Shown: positions 26,176 to 38,392 of the stretch, piece by piece
Layout of the letters: each line of letters opens with the position of its first letter
Position numbering within the stretch: position 1 is the first letter of the stretch
Assembly: GCF_006345805.1 (NCBI RefSeq)
Contig: NC_043025.1
Location: 7,502,001-7,566,000 of the forward strand
From: Octopus sinensis
Taxonomy: Eukaryota
Length of the DNA: 64,000 bases
Direction: 5' to 3'
Notes under the pieces: generated by a model
What the model was told of the DNA's origin: nothing
Database searches by the model: none
The model's input: the letters and a program-made list of their open reading frames with translations, nothing else
Program-made: the position numbers and the translations under genes

Positions 26176-26866
26176 CCCTTTCATTACTGTATTTATTTTG
26201 AGAAGTTCTGTATTTCTTTCAATTACTTTAAATATAACAAAGAATTTAGTAAAATAACTTAGTTATCATTCAGCTAGTGTTAGGAACATAAATTGTGACT
26301 AAGGTTTGGTGGAAGATTTTAATTCAGAACTTATGAAAACAAGACATTTGTACTCAGAGCCAGACATGGTTTGATATCAAAAGGGTTAAAAATATCAAGG
26401 CGACTTTAACCTTTTTGATACCATATTTCTGTTGAGATGCTCTGTGTTTCCTTCAATTACTTTAAATATAACAAAGAATTTAGTAAAATAACTTAGTTAT
26501 CATTAAACTAGTGTTAGGAACATAAATTGTGACTAAGGTTTGGTGGAAGATTTTAATTCAAAATTTATGAAAACAAAAGACATTTGTACTCAGAGCCAGA
26601 GCTGGTTTGATATCAAGAGGGTTAAAAATATCAAGGTGACTTTAACCTTTTTGTTACCATATTTCTGTTGAGATGCTCTGTGTTTCCTTCAATTACTTTA
26701 AATATAACAAAGAATTTAGTAAAATAACTTAGTTATCATTAAACTAGTGTTAGGAACATAAATTGTGACTAAGGTTTGGTGGAAGATTTTAATTCAAAAT
26801 TTATGAAAACAAAACATTTGTACTACAGAACCAGAGGCGGTTTCAGCCGAGTTGGTAACGAAAGGG
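26176..26866. mobile_element. piggyBac-type MITE, three tandem copies (~236-bp period)
   Basis: TTAA|CC...GGG|TTAA ends; starts 26176, 26410, 26646. Confidence 0.85.
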
Positions 26867-27254
26867 TTAAACAAGGAATGGTTGTGGGGATCCACCAGAA
26901 TAGAATAGTAATTAAAGGGGGTCCATAAATAAGTAAATGGTTGAGAACCCCAGGCTAGAATATTATTATATAAATTGGCGTGAAGAGATTGTTTACAAAG
27001 TAATTATTGAGTGGTATGATGGGTGGTTAAGCGTTGATGATTAGTTGTTTATGTGAAATGATAAATTCGAATGGTTCTGATGCCTAAAAACAAAATTATT
27101 TACATCATACAAAACATTCATTTATGCATACATGATTGCTTGCTTGCTTGTGTGTGTACACAGACATGTAAATATAATAGACCTGACATTGAGATTTGAG
27201 ATAGAGAAGAGAAACTGCTTAGTGGATGGTGTTGTAAAGCTGAAGATCTTTGTT

Positions 27255-27583
27255 GTGACCCCCTTCGGTCAGACACTGACCATGGGTTTGCACCTAGAGA
27301 GTTACCCTCTGAGGCACAAGTCTGGGCAAGGTTGTTTTTTTTTATGGAAGACCAGCAGTCGCCCATGCATACCGGCCTCCCCTCTCCACGTCACCGATTG
27401 TTGTCCAAGGGAAAGGCAAGGGCCGATAGAGCTTGGCATCTGTGACGTCGCAACTCATTTCTACAGCTGAGCGAACTGGAGCAACGTGAAATAAAGTGTC
27501 TTGCTCAAGAACACAACACGCAGCACGGTCCGGGATTCAAGCTCACAACCTCACGATCGTAAGCTCGACGCTCTAACCACTGA
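27255..27583 (-). mobile_element. tRNA-derived SINE family E
   Basis: Reverse complement head TCAGTGGTTAGAGCG...; GTGTTCTTGAGCAAGACAC core. Confidence 0.8.
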
Positions 27584-27700
27584 AGATCAGTGAAAAAGAA
27601 ACTATGTTGAACTATTGAGAGATCTATAATTACTCTATTCAGATTACAAGTTCAGGGTTATACTTATGATTATTGGCATTCAGGGATATGTAACACACTG

Positions 27701-28114
27701 CCTCTCTTTACTCTTTACTTTATTACTTGTTTCAGTCATTTGACTGCGGCCATGCTGGAGCACTACCTTTTAGCCGAGCAAATCGATCCCGGGACTTATT
27801 CTTTCGTAAGCCCAGTACTTATTCTATCGGTCTCTTTTGCCGAACCGCTAAGTGACGGGGACGTAAACACATCAGCATCGGTTGTCAAGCAATGCTAGGG
27901 GGGCAAACACAGACACACAAACATATACACACACACTTATATATATATATACGACAGGCTTCTTTCAGTTTCCGTCTACCAAATCCACTCACAAGGCATT
28001 GGTCGGCCCGGGTCTATAGCAGAAGACACTTGCCCAAGATGCCACGCAGTGGGACTGAACCCAGAACCATGTGGTTGGTTAGCAAGCTACCTACCACACA
28101 GCCACTCCTGCGCC
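27701..28114 (-). mobile_element. SINE family A
   Basis: Full-length match. Confidence 0.9.
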
Positions 28115-28115
28115 T

Positions 28116-28239
28116 AAATGCAAATCTTGAGAAATTAGGCTTCTCAAAACCACAGAAAGGAGAAAGCTGATTCAAAGACTACAGATCCAAGCCATCACTG
28201 GAACTGTAAAAATAAGGAAAACTTTGCAGAAGTTTATCA
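28116..28239 (+). pseudogene. C-terminal tip of an R4/Dong-like non-LTR ORF
   Basis: NLEKLGFSKP / ERRKLIQRLQIQAITGTVKIRKTLQKFI with one frameshift; stop codon lies after the Helitron; family assignment from recall. Confidence 0.55.
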
Positions 28240-28599
28240 TCTCTATATATATAGAAGGCAAAATGTCTGTGTGTGTCCTTTATACAAATCCACAATTTTT
28301 CAGTTAGAGGGCTCACACTTTCTATGGTCATTCAAAACCGTCCAAGGGTGGTCGTGCACATCTTTACATTTCCCCAGTCACCCCGCAAAGCCATTAAAAA
28401 ATCAATAGAAGTGACTTTTTTGTGAATTTTCTATCCAAAACCCAATCAAAATGCCTGAAACTTGATACGCCAATCGAATGCCAGCTAACTGTATGTGAGT
28501 GGTTGGAGATTTGGACAATACTCACGTGTATGTGTGCACGCACACAGCTGTATATGCATGCACTAGCACTGACCCGGCGTTGTCGGGTCATAGTGCTAG
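28240..28599 (+). mobile_element. non-autonomous Helitron
   Basis: A|TC start, subterminal hairpin, CTAG|T end, no TSD. Confidence 0.85.
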
Positions 28600-28611
28600 T
28601 TTAAGTATATT

Positions 28612-28965
28612 CTCTTTTACTTGTTTCAGTCATTTGACTGCGCCCATGCTGGAGCACCGCCTTTAATCGAGCAACTCGACCGCGGGACTCATTCTTTGTA
28701 AGCCCAGTACTTATTCTATCGGTCCCTTTTGCCAAACCGCTAGGTAACGGGGACATAAACACACCAGCATCGGTTGTCATGCAATGCTAGGGGGACAAAC
28801 ACAGACACACAAACACACACACGAATATATATATATTTATAGATATATATACGACGGGCTTCTTTCAGTTTCCATCTACCAAATCAACTCACAAGGCTTT
28901 GGTCGGCCCAAGGCTATAGTAGAAGACACCTGCCCAAGGTGCCACGCAGTGGGACTGAACCCGGT
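28612..28965 (-). mobile_element. SINE family A, head truncated
   Basis: Tail and core match. Confidence 0.85.
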
Positions 28966-29542
28966 ACTTTGGTACTTATTCTATCGATTTCTATGCCGAA
29001 CTGCTAAGTTACAAGGATGTAAATAAACTGGCGGAGATTTGGACCAGGATCCCACATAATTTGGATTCTCAATTTTTGACAGGATTTTCCATGTTGTTTT
29101 TTTTTTTTACCACACCCTTCAGAGTGTTGGTTGTGGTGGTGTTGGTTGTGGTGGTGTTGGTTGTGGGGGAGATTTTTTATGAAAAAGAAATTTTGAAAGT
29201 TTTATAACTTTTGTGTGTTTGTGCTAGTTGTTGTGGAGGGGTTCGGTACGTGATACCATGGCAACACCCTGTTTCCCTTTGAGAATTCTGCCTGCCTGTT
29301 GTGTATGTGTGTATCTGTCTGTGTATACCTCGGCATCTCGCTTTTCTGTGATGTGATTCGTCTTTTCTGCTTGTTCTTTTTAGCCCCAGGTCAGTCCTGA
29401 TCCCGTAGACCTATTGTCTGTATGTGTGTGTATATATAATATATGTGTGTGTGTGTGTTGTGTGTGTGTTTGTGTATATATAGTTGTGTGTGTATATATA
29501 TATATATGAATGTATGTACATGTATATATGTATATATATATA

Positions 29543-29604
<62 letters not shown>

Positions 29605-30213
29605 AGAGTGTAAGTGTGTAGGTATATATATGTTTTTGTCTCACTACCACCGCTTGACAACCGGTGTTGGTTTGCTTACGTCACCATATCCTAGCGGTTC
29701 GGAAAAACGAAATCGATAGAAGAGTACAAGCCCCCCCTTTTTTTTTTAATTAAAAAACAAAAAAAAACAACAACAAAAATCAAAATCAATTAATTAGTAA
29801 CCGGGGTCGATTGGTTCGGCCATAAACTCTTCGACCGCGGTGCTACAGCATGGCCGCCGCAGTCCAGTAACCGAAGCAAGAAATAATAGCAAAAGCAACA
29901 GCAACTACAAAAAAACAAAAAATCGATATTTCGGGAGGAGATACGGATTGCGTGACACTCATGCCCTTCTCAAGGACATTGAGGTGACGACATAACAAAA
30001 AGCGAAATGGTTACGACTAGCAAGAATTAATTAAAACGAACCACTAAGCAGGCCGATCGGCTGCCAAAAATAGCAGCTGAATCTCCGTCAAAGCAGAACA
30101 AACAGAACACAAAAACTAAAAGCTGTTTGTTTCAGTTGGTGGCCTGCGTGCGGCCATGCTGGGGCATCGTTTCGAAGTGTCTTTCCTTTTTTTTTTTTTT
30201 AATTATTTAGACG

Positions 30214-30418
30214 AGGGGCATATGGCGTAATGGTTAAGAACGCGGTCTACTAACCCCAAGTATTCCGAGTTCGATTCTAGTCAGTGATCTGATTAATAAT
30301 AATATCGAAAAATAGATTATCTATGAACCCCTCCGATTATTATTTTCAGCGGTGGTGCCCCAGCATGGCCGCGGCCTTCGGGCTAAATCATTTTAAAGGA
30401 TTTTTAAGGATTTAAGGA
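30214..30418 (+). mobile_element. short tRNA-derived SINE family F
   Basis: A box TGGCGTAATGG, B box GAGTTCGATTC, GTGCCCCAGCATGGCCGC tail ending in TTAAGGA repeats. Confidence 0.7.
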
Positions 30419-30709
30419 ACAAGTTAATCGCTGGTCTTATATATATTTTTTTCTGTGTTTTTTTGTTGTTGTTTTGTAAGTTGGTTTGGTATTCACCCCG
30501 TCGGTTTCTTTTTGCCGCACGGCTTTGTTTACGGTGACGTAAACAAACCAACATCGGTTGTCAAGTGGTGGGGGGAAATAAGCCTACACACACACACATG
30601 GTTCCAGGTTGAATCCCACTGCGTGGCACCTTGAGCAAGTGTCTTCTATAGCCTAGAGCCGACTAAAACCTTGTGAGTAATTTGGCAGACGGAAACTAAA
30701 AGAAGCTCG

Positions 30710-30809
<100 letters not shown>

Positions 30810-31054
30810 TTTATTGTAGGCGCAGGAGTGGGTGTGTGGTAAGTAGCTTGCTAACCAACCACAAGGTTCCGGGTTCAGTCTCACTGCGTGGCATCTTAGG
30901 CAAGTATCTTCTACTATAGCCTCGGGCCGACCAAAGCCTTGTGAGTGGATTTGGTAGACGGAAACTGAAAGAAGCCCGTCGTATATATGTATATGTATAT
31001 AAGTGTATGTGTTTGTGTGTCTGTGTTTGTCTGACTGAAACAAGTAAAAGAGGT

Positions 31055-31455
31055 GATTTGTTTACAATGACTAAATGTTTGTGTCGTGCATTGGCTCACC
31101 CCACTCCATCCATCGACTCGACATTTACCTGTGCAGGTGTGCTACATGTCAGACGATTGCAGAGCAACGGGAAATGAAGTGTTTTGTTCAAGAAACGCTA
31201 CGAACCGCCGGATCCTGGAATCGAAACAACGGCCTTGCGATTGTCAGTGCGGCCTCACTATATGTAACTGTAAAATTCCCCCTGAACGGACACGCCAGTC
31301 TGTCGTGGGGATACCCGTTTTGAAGCTTAGTGGACTGGAGCGACGTGAAATGAAGTGTTTTGCTCCAGAACACAACTCACAGGACGGTCCAGGAATCGAA
31401 ATCACGATGTCGCGATCGGCAGTGCGATACCCTGATCACTAAGCCACGCAACCCT
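31055..31455 (-). mobile_element. two decayed family E-like SINE pieces
   Basis: GAAATGAAGTGTTTTG..CA.GAA and GGAATCGAAA (B box, reverse) occur twice. Confidence 0.6.
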
Positions 31456-31470
31456 CAGATTATGTAATAT

Positions 31471-31680
31471 ACTCTTTCTCCTTACTCTTTTACTTGTTTC
31501 AGTCATTTGACTGCGGCCATGCTGCAGCACCGCCTTTAGTCGAGCAACTCGACCCCGGGACTTATTCTTTGTAAGCCCAGTACTTATTCTATCGGTCTCT
31601 TTTTGCTGAACCGTTAAGTGACGGGGGACGTAAACACCCCAGCATCGGTTGTCAAGCGATGTTGGGGGGACAAACACAGA

Positions 31681-31722
<42 letters not shown>

Positions 31723-31913
31723 CACAACACATAATATATATACATATATACGACAGGCTTCTTTCAGTTTCCGTCTACCAAATCCACTCACAAGGCATTG
31801 GTCGGCCCGGGGCTATAGCAGAAGACACTTGCCCAAGATGCCACGCAGTGGGACTGAACCCGGAACCACGTGGTTGGTAAGCAAGCTACTTACCACACAC
31901 CCACTCCTGCACC
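31471..31913 (-). mobile_element. SINE family A
   Basis: Full-length match. Confidence 0.9.
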
Positions 31914-32270
31914 TAGATATCGATTTATTAATGACAAACAGCATTGCTGTACTGTCGCAATGCCGAACACTGGACATTCGGGAATTTGCTGGTTGCATCC
32001 TTCATGCTGCCGTCCCAGGCTTCCCAGAAGCTGCAGACTTGCTTCTGGTTGCACAAGCATTGAATAGAGACTGCAACGTATTTTTTCGTCCGGACTCCTC
32101 TGCCTGAGATCCGAACGCATCTCTGAACGCGATGGACGATGGGTACCCCGTAGGCAAATGCAATGATGGTTCCTTCTGACAGGAACCTGTGGAGCGGGTG
32201 CCTGAGGTCGACTTTTCTTTTCATCCTTTCGGGAGCCGATAAAATAAAGCACCTGTCAAGCTCTGGAGTC

Positions 32271-33072
32271 AGGGTTGGCGAAAGCGATGTGGTGGACAAC
32301 GAAAAACCTGGCTGATCTGGAACCCAGCCTACAAAGCAATTGCCCCAGCTCCCCTTCAGGGTTGGTGAAAGCGATGTGGTGGACAACGAAAAACCTGGCT
32401 GATGACAGTCAAGGCTGATCTGGAACCCGACTTATGAAGCAATTGCCCCAGCTCCCCTTCAGGGTTGGCGAAAGCGATGTGGTGGACAACGAAAAACCTG
32501 GCTGATCTGGAACCCAGCCTACAAAGCAATTGCCCCAGCTCCCCTTCAGGGTTGGTGAAAGCGATGTGGTGGACAACGAAAAACCTGGCTGATGACAGTC
32601 AAGGCTGATCTGGAACCCGACTTATGAAGCAATTGCCCCAGCTCCCCTTCAGGGTTGGCGAAAGCGATGTGGTGGACAACGAAAAACCTGGCTGATCTGG
32701 AACCCAGCCTACAAAGCAATTGCCCCAGCTCCCCTTCAGGTTGGTGAAAGCGATGTGGTGACAACGAAAAACCTGGCTGATGACAGTCAAGGCTGATCTG
32801 GAACCCGACTTATGAAGCAATTGCCCCAGCTCCCCTTCAGGTTGGCGAAAGCGATGTGGTGGACAACGAAAAACCTGGCTGATCTGGAACCAGCCTACAA
32901 AGCAATTGCCCCAGCTCCCCTTCAGGGTTGGCGAAAGCGATGTGGTGGACAACGAAAAACCTGGCTGATGACAGTCAAGGCTGATCTGGAACCCGACCTA
33001 GGCCCCCATATCTACGGCGTTCGCCGCTGGAATAAGGAGTGGTTGGAGATCACGCGGTCGTTAGCCTCAAAT
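32271..33072 (+). repeat. higher-order tandem array (87/103-bp alternation x4) derived from an RTE-clade ORF end
   Basis: Unit starts 32271, 32358, 32461, 32548, 32651, 32738, 32839, 32924; last unit reads GWRKRCGGQRKTWLMTVKADLEPDLGPHIYGVRRWNKEW. Confidence 0.9.
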
Positions 33073-33222
33073 CGCCAGGTCTCATCATCATCATTGTTCG
33101 ACCGTGGTCGAGACAATGGAATTTACCATGCTACGCCAGACTTCACGGTCCATCATGGCATTACGGAGGTCCTGTTGCTGGATGCCTGTATCCCTGGAGA
33201 TTACATCAGGGTAGGAGAGTGT
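33073..33222 (-). pseudogene. short 3' end of the RTE family seen at 7822
   Basis: Near-identical to 7822-7965. Confidence 0.88.
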
Positions 33223-33751
33223 AGTTGGCTTTTGTGAGAGATGCAGCACTGAGGATGAATGAAGCCAGCTCAACCCACCCCGGGTGAATGCTGTAAGAAG
33301 CAGCTACCGGGGTCGACTTTGCATTTCATCCTTTTGAGGTCGATGAAATTAAGTTCCAGGTGAGCACTGAAGTCGATGTAATCAACTTAGCTTCTCTCGC
33401 CCCCGGCCGCCGCCACGCTGGCCTGGTGCCAAGGTGTAAAAACGCGTCGCCTCAGGTGATTGTTGGAATTAGTCCGTTAGATCCTCTTGCCGTCTGACTC
33501 GGTGTGATGATAATGCACATCCTAAGTGATGTGTCATTCTCAGCAGATTTCAGACAAATCTATAAAACCATACGATAAGAAGAGTGACTGGCGAAATAAA
33601 TGTACCATCGAACTATAGACAAAATCTTATCTCTTTAAGGGTCAGATTATAAGGAGAAAAGATAGAGACACTGATTAATAAGATACAGCAGCTTTTAGAG
33701 ATTATATATATATATATAATATATATATATATTATATATATATATATATAT

Positions 33752-33795
<44 letters not shown>

Positions 33796-33798
33796 TAT

Positions 33799-34202
33799 AG
33801 GAGTGGCTGTGTGGTAAGTAGCTTGCTAGCCAACCACATGGTTCCGGGTTCGGTCCTACTGTGTGGCATCTTGGGCAAGTGTCTTCTGCTATAGCCTCGG
33901 GCCGACCAAAGCCTTGTGAGTTGATTTGGTAGACGGAAACTGAAAGAAGCCCGTCGTATATATGTATATATATATATGCATGTGTGTGTATGTTTGTGTG
34001 TCTGTGTTTGTCCCCCTAGCATTGCTTGACAACCGATGCTGGTGTGTTTATGTCCCAGTTACTTAGCAGTTCGGCAAAAGAGACCGATAGAATAAATACT
34101 GGGCTTACAAAGAATAAGTCCTGGGGTTGATTTGCTCGACTAAAGGCGATGCTGCAGCATGGCCGCAGTCAAATGACTGAAACAAGTAAAAGAGTAAAGA
34201 GT
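33799..34202 (+). mobile_element. SINE family A
   Basis: Full-length match. Confidence 0.9.
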
Positions 34203-34206
34203 ATGC

Positions 34207-34514
34207 GTATATTGACAGGGCAAGACTGCTAGGTAGTCGGCCGCATGCTAGAAATAGATCATCAACGTTCAAACTACAAAGAAAGTTCTCTAGAGGAAAA
34301 ATTCAGCGAACACCAGAACCAAATTTGGCGGGTAGGACAGATGAAAATTTATATAAAAAACAGAATTATATAAATTTTCATCTGTCCTGCCCGCCAAATT
34401 TGGTTCTGGTGTTCGCTGAATTTTCTCTCTAGAGAACTTTCTCTGTATTTGATCGTTGATGATCTATTTCTAGCATGCGGCCGACTACCTAGCAGTCTTG
34501 CCCTGTCAATATAC
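34207..34514. repeat. fold-back inverted repeat, ~148-bp arms
   Basis: GTATATTGACAGGGCAAG... mirrored; short AT spacer. Confidence 0.92.
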
Positions 34515-34613
34515 ACTGTATTAGAATTTTCTCTGATTTTTCAGATATTTTGTATGCTGGGCTACTGGTTTTAAATTGATATTAAAATATATTTATCTAT
34601 CTCCCTCATTATT

Positions 34614-34660
<47 letters not shown>

Positions 34661-34798
34661 TATCAGCCGAAATTGCTAAGATGATCTGGTTTTCTTGACT
34701 GATGACTGAGGGCTTCGATGTCCCGTCCTGTGGTTCTTGTGTCGTCCTCTGTGGTGTTTTCATGTTCTGTCCATGTCTGTAATTATTTTTACTGTTTA

Positions 34799-34849
<51 letters not shown>

Positions 34850-34854
<5 letters not shown>

Positions 34855-35240
34855 TGTGTGGTAAGTAGCTTGCTAAACAACCACATGGTTCCGGGTTCAG
34901 TCCCACTGCGTGGCATCTTGGGCAAGTGTCTTCTGCTATAGCCTCGGGCCGACCAAAGCCTTGTGAGTTGATTTGGTAGACTGAAACTGAAAGAAGCCCG
35001 TCGTATATATATATATATATATATATATATGCGTGTGTGTGTCTGTGTTTGTCCCCCTAGCATTGCTTGACAACCGATGCTGGTGTGTTTACGTCTCCCG
35101 TCCCTTAGCGGTTCGGCAAAAAAGACCGATAGAATAAGTACTCTGGCTTACAAAGACTAAGTCCCGGGGTCGATTTGCTCGACTAAAGCGGTGCTCCAGC
35201 ATGGCCGCAGTCAAATGACTGAAACAAGTAAAAGAGAAAA
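34850..35240 (+). mobile_element. SINE family A
   Basis: Near full-length match. Confidence 0.9.
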
Positions 35241-35258
35241 GAAATATATATAAAATTT

Positions 35259-35416
35259 AAAGTGGACGGTCAATATGCTAGATATAGACGTCAAAATCGC
35301 TATTTTCCACGAAGAATGTGTTCGTTGGTTTTGTGCTGAGTTTTTATTTGAGAGCACATTCTTCGTGGAAAATAGCGATTTTGACGTCTATATCTAGCAT
35401 ATTGACCGTCCACTTT
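35259..35416. repeat. fold-back inverted repeat, ~62-bp arms
   Basis: AAAGTGGACGGTCAATATGC... mirrored. Confidence 0.9.
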
Positions 35417-35534
35417 TAGTGGTCAGTCCTTTAAATTTTGTATATAAAAATATTTTAATCTTCGGATTTCTTTAATATGCTCGGCCACTGGTTTTAATTG
35501 ATTAATATCAATGTCTACCCTTATTTAATTTTAT

Positions 35535-35680
35535 ATATGTATGTATGTAATGTATGTATGTATGTATGTATGTATGTATGTATGTATGTATGTATGTATG
35601 TATGTATGTATGTATGTATGTATGTATATATGTATGTTTGCATGTATGTATGTATGTACGTATGTATGTACGTATGTATG

Positions 35681-35712
<32 letters not shown>

Positions 35713-35794
35713 TGTATGTATGCATGCATGTATGTATGTATGTATGTACGTATGTATGTATGCATGTATGTACGTATGTATGTAGGTATGTATG

Positions 35795-35826
<32 letters not shown>

Positions 35827-35920
35827 TGTATGTATGTATGTATGTATGTATGTATGTATGTATGTATGTATGTTTGCATGTATGTATGTATGTAATGTAT
35901 GTATGTATGTATGTATGTAT
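35535..35920. repeat. (TATG)n microsatellite
   Basis: Long tetranucleotide run. Confidence 0.97.
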
Positions 35921-36332
35921 AGATCAGACTGGAGCCTGGTGCAGCCATCTGGTTCGCCAGTCCTCAGTCAAATCGTTCAACCCATGCTAGCATGGAAAAC
36001 GGACGTTAAACGATGATAATGATACACACACACACATAGAGTTTTTTTTTTTTAGCTTGGTACTTATTCAATTGTTCTCTTCTGCCGAACCGCTAAGTTA
36101 CAGGGACGTAAACACACCACCATCGGTTGTCAAGCGATGTTCAGGGGGGGGGGGACACAAACACACACACATACACATACATATATACGATGGGCTTCTT
36201 TCAGTTTCCGTCTACCAAATCCACTCACAAGGCTTTGGTTGGCCCGAGGCTATAGTAGAAGACATTTGCCCAAGGTACCACGCTGTGGGACTGAACCCAG
36301 AACCATGTGGTTAAAAACCTAGTTTTTTGCCA

Positions 36333-36391
<59 letters not shown>

Positions 36392-37079
36392 GCATACACA
36401 TTTTAAATTTTCTCATCAGCGCTACTTCGTCTCTTTTCCTACCTTATTCAGACCCTAATTACTGCCTCTCCCCCCTTTTTTCGCAATTGCTTAACCCCAA
36501 GTCAGCCTTTCATTACTGAGCGTTCCCGCCATGACCATTCCGTATTATTAAGCATACACACTGTAAATCTCAAGGAGGCTTGGCTGCTATTTCTAGAGAC
36601 GAAAGATTGCCGTATATGTTTATGTTTAATATGCCTGTATGTGTATTTATATTGGGATACCATCCACACACACGTATGTTTATTTCTAGCAGGCTCTTTC
36701 GTCCGCGCAGTAATTACGATTGAGGATTCTAGCCACGAATATTATAAATAGTATCACACACGCACACACACACACGCAACGCCCATACATGTGTGTATGT
36801 GTTTGTGTGTGTGTGTGTAAATTAATCGGTTATTTGGAGGTCGTAGCTGATGATGTATTTTGGATCGCTCGCTACTACTACTATTTGTAGTAGTAGTAGA
36901 TGCATGTACCTTTTATATATATGTATATATATATGATTAAATAAATGTTAATGGAGTCCCTCTAATGTATACCAATCGGAGCAACAGCCATGAAAATGAC
37001 GATAATAATTATGTCAGTTTTCACACAAGGCCAGCTATTGTAGAGGCGGGTGGATCGGGGTGGGTTTATTTATATATAT

Positions 37080-37320
37080 ATATACCTTATTTAAAGCAGC
37101 AGAAAATTCAACAAAACCTTTTACTCTTTTCCCGTTGCTGGATAGAATTCACATATCGGTTCCATTCTAGCAAAAACTGTCCGACGAACGGGAACGTGAT
37201 ATTCAGAGTAACAGGTTTTGTTGAATTTTCTGCTGCTTTAAATAACGCATATTACTCTACCCCTGGTATTTGAGTACTCTTTTTTCCACCTTGTTTCACA
37301 TTATGTGTTTACTCCGGTAT
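37080..37320. mobile_element. Penelope-like relic with inverted terminal duplication and degenerate hammerhead (37177-37214, +)
   Basis: Same family as 50975-51210; GAAA mutated to GATA. Confidence 0.65.
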
Positions 37321-37335
37321 ATATATAAATGGCCA

Positions 37336-37396
37336 GATAACCGAAGAGATGGTGTTCTGAATTTCCACTTCGGCATCCGAAACTCAGAGTTTTATC
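37336..37396 (+). ncRNA. type I hammerhead-like ribozyme, long stem II
   Basis: GATAA-CCGAAGA-GATG..CATCC-GAA-ACTC A GAGT-T-TTATC; stem I is 5 perfect bp. Confidence 0.65.
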
Positions 37397-37671
37397 TTGA
37401 TTATTGTATAATTGTAACATATTATTTTACAGATAAACTTCCTCTATTTACATAATATTGAGGTCTCTTCCTTTCTTTTGTTATCTTACCGTTTTTACCA
37501 ATATATATATATTGCCCTCTGTGTGTGTGTGTGTGTGTGTGTGTGAGCTGGAAGTTTTGCATACCGGACAGTAGCTGACTTGTGGAGTGGGGGTCACCAG
37601 GAGAGAATGTACACTGCCTCGGAGACCTGCCTCTCCTTTGAATAGGTTAAACAATTTGAATAGGTTAAACA

Positions 37672-37706
<35 letters not shown>

Positions 37707-37741
37707 TGGAGTTTAACGCAGATGTAATTCAAATTCTTTTT

Positions 37742-37827
37742 ACTTCCGACACGTTTCGAAGATATCACTGATATTATTCCAAAGGAATAAAATGGTGTAA
37801 AACAATGTAATCTTCTCTTCAGGAGTT
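37742..37827 (-). ncRNA. type I hammerhead-like ribozyme, canonical core, decayed stem I
   Basis: ACTC-CTGAAGA-GAAGAT...ATCTTC-GAAAC GT GTC. Confidence 0.55.
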
Positions 37828-37917
37828 ACAACCTTTTTACTTGTGTGACCGCGTGTGTATCGTTGGCGATTTTTTCCCCCATCCGTCTACTCTTCCTTGG
37901 ATCTTTCCTTTATATAT

Positions 37918-37989
<72 letters not shown>

Positions 37990-37996
37990 CGAAACC

Positions 37997-38077
37997 CACC
38001 TTTTATCAATTCAATAATGAAAAATTAAATTAGAAATGGTATAATTTAATTTTTCATTATTGAATTGATAAAAGGTG
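37997..38077. repeat. inverted repeat, ~35-bp arms
   Basis: CACCTTTTATCAATTCAATAATGAAAAATTAAATTA mirrored. Confidence 0.85.
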
Positions 38078-38235
38078 TTTTTTTTCTAATTTATATATAT
38101 ATATATTATATTTTGTGAAATTTGATTTAGTATTTCTAAATGAATTTCTCCCTGTAAGTTTGGAATAATTTTCCTTCATATTATTATGTATGTATATGTA
38201 TATATATATATGTATGTATATATATTATATGTATG

Positions 38236-38319
<84 letters not shown>

Positions 38320-38392
38320 TATAGTAACGATAAAAGGAATTTCGATTATCCCCACGTGGTGAGTTGTAATGTATATAAGAAATTAAAAAAGG

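Larger units (their letters stand above)
25503..26953. mobile_element. decayed hAT-like MITE hosting nested insertions
   Basis: Ends CAGAGCTTCTCA / GGTTGAGAACCCC; no TSD seen. Confidence 0.45.
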
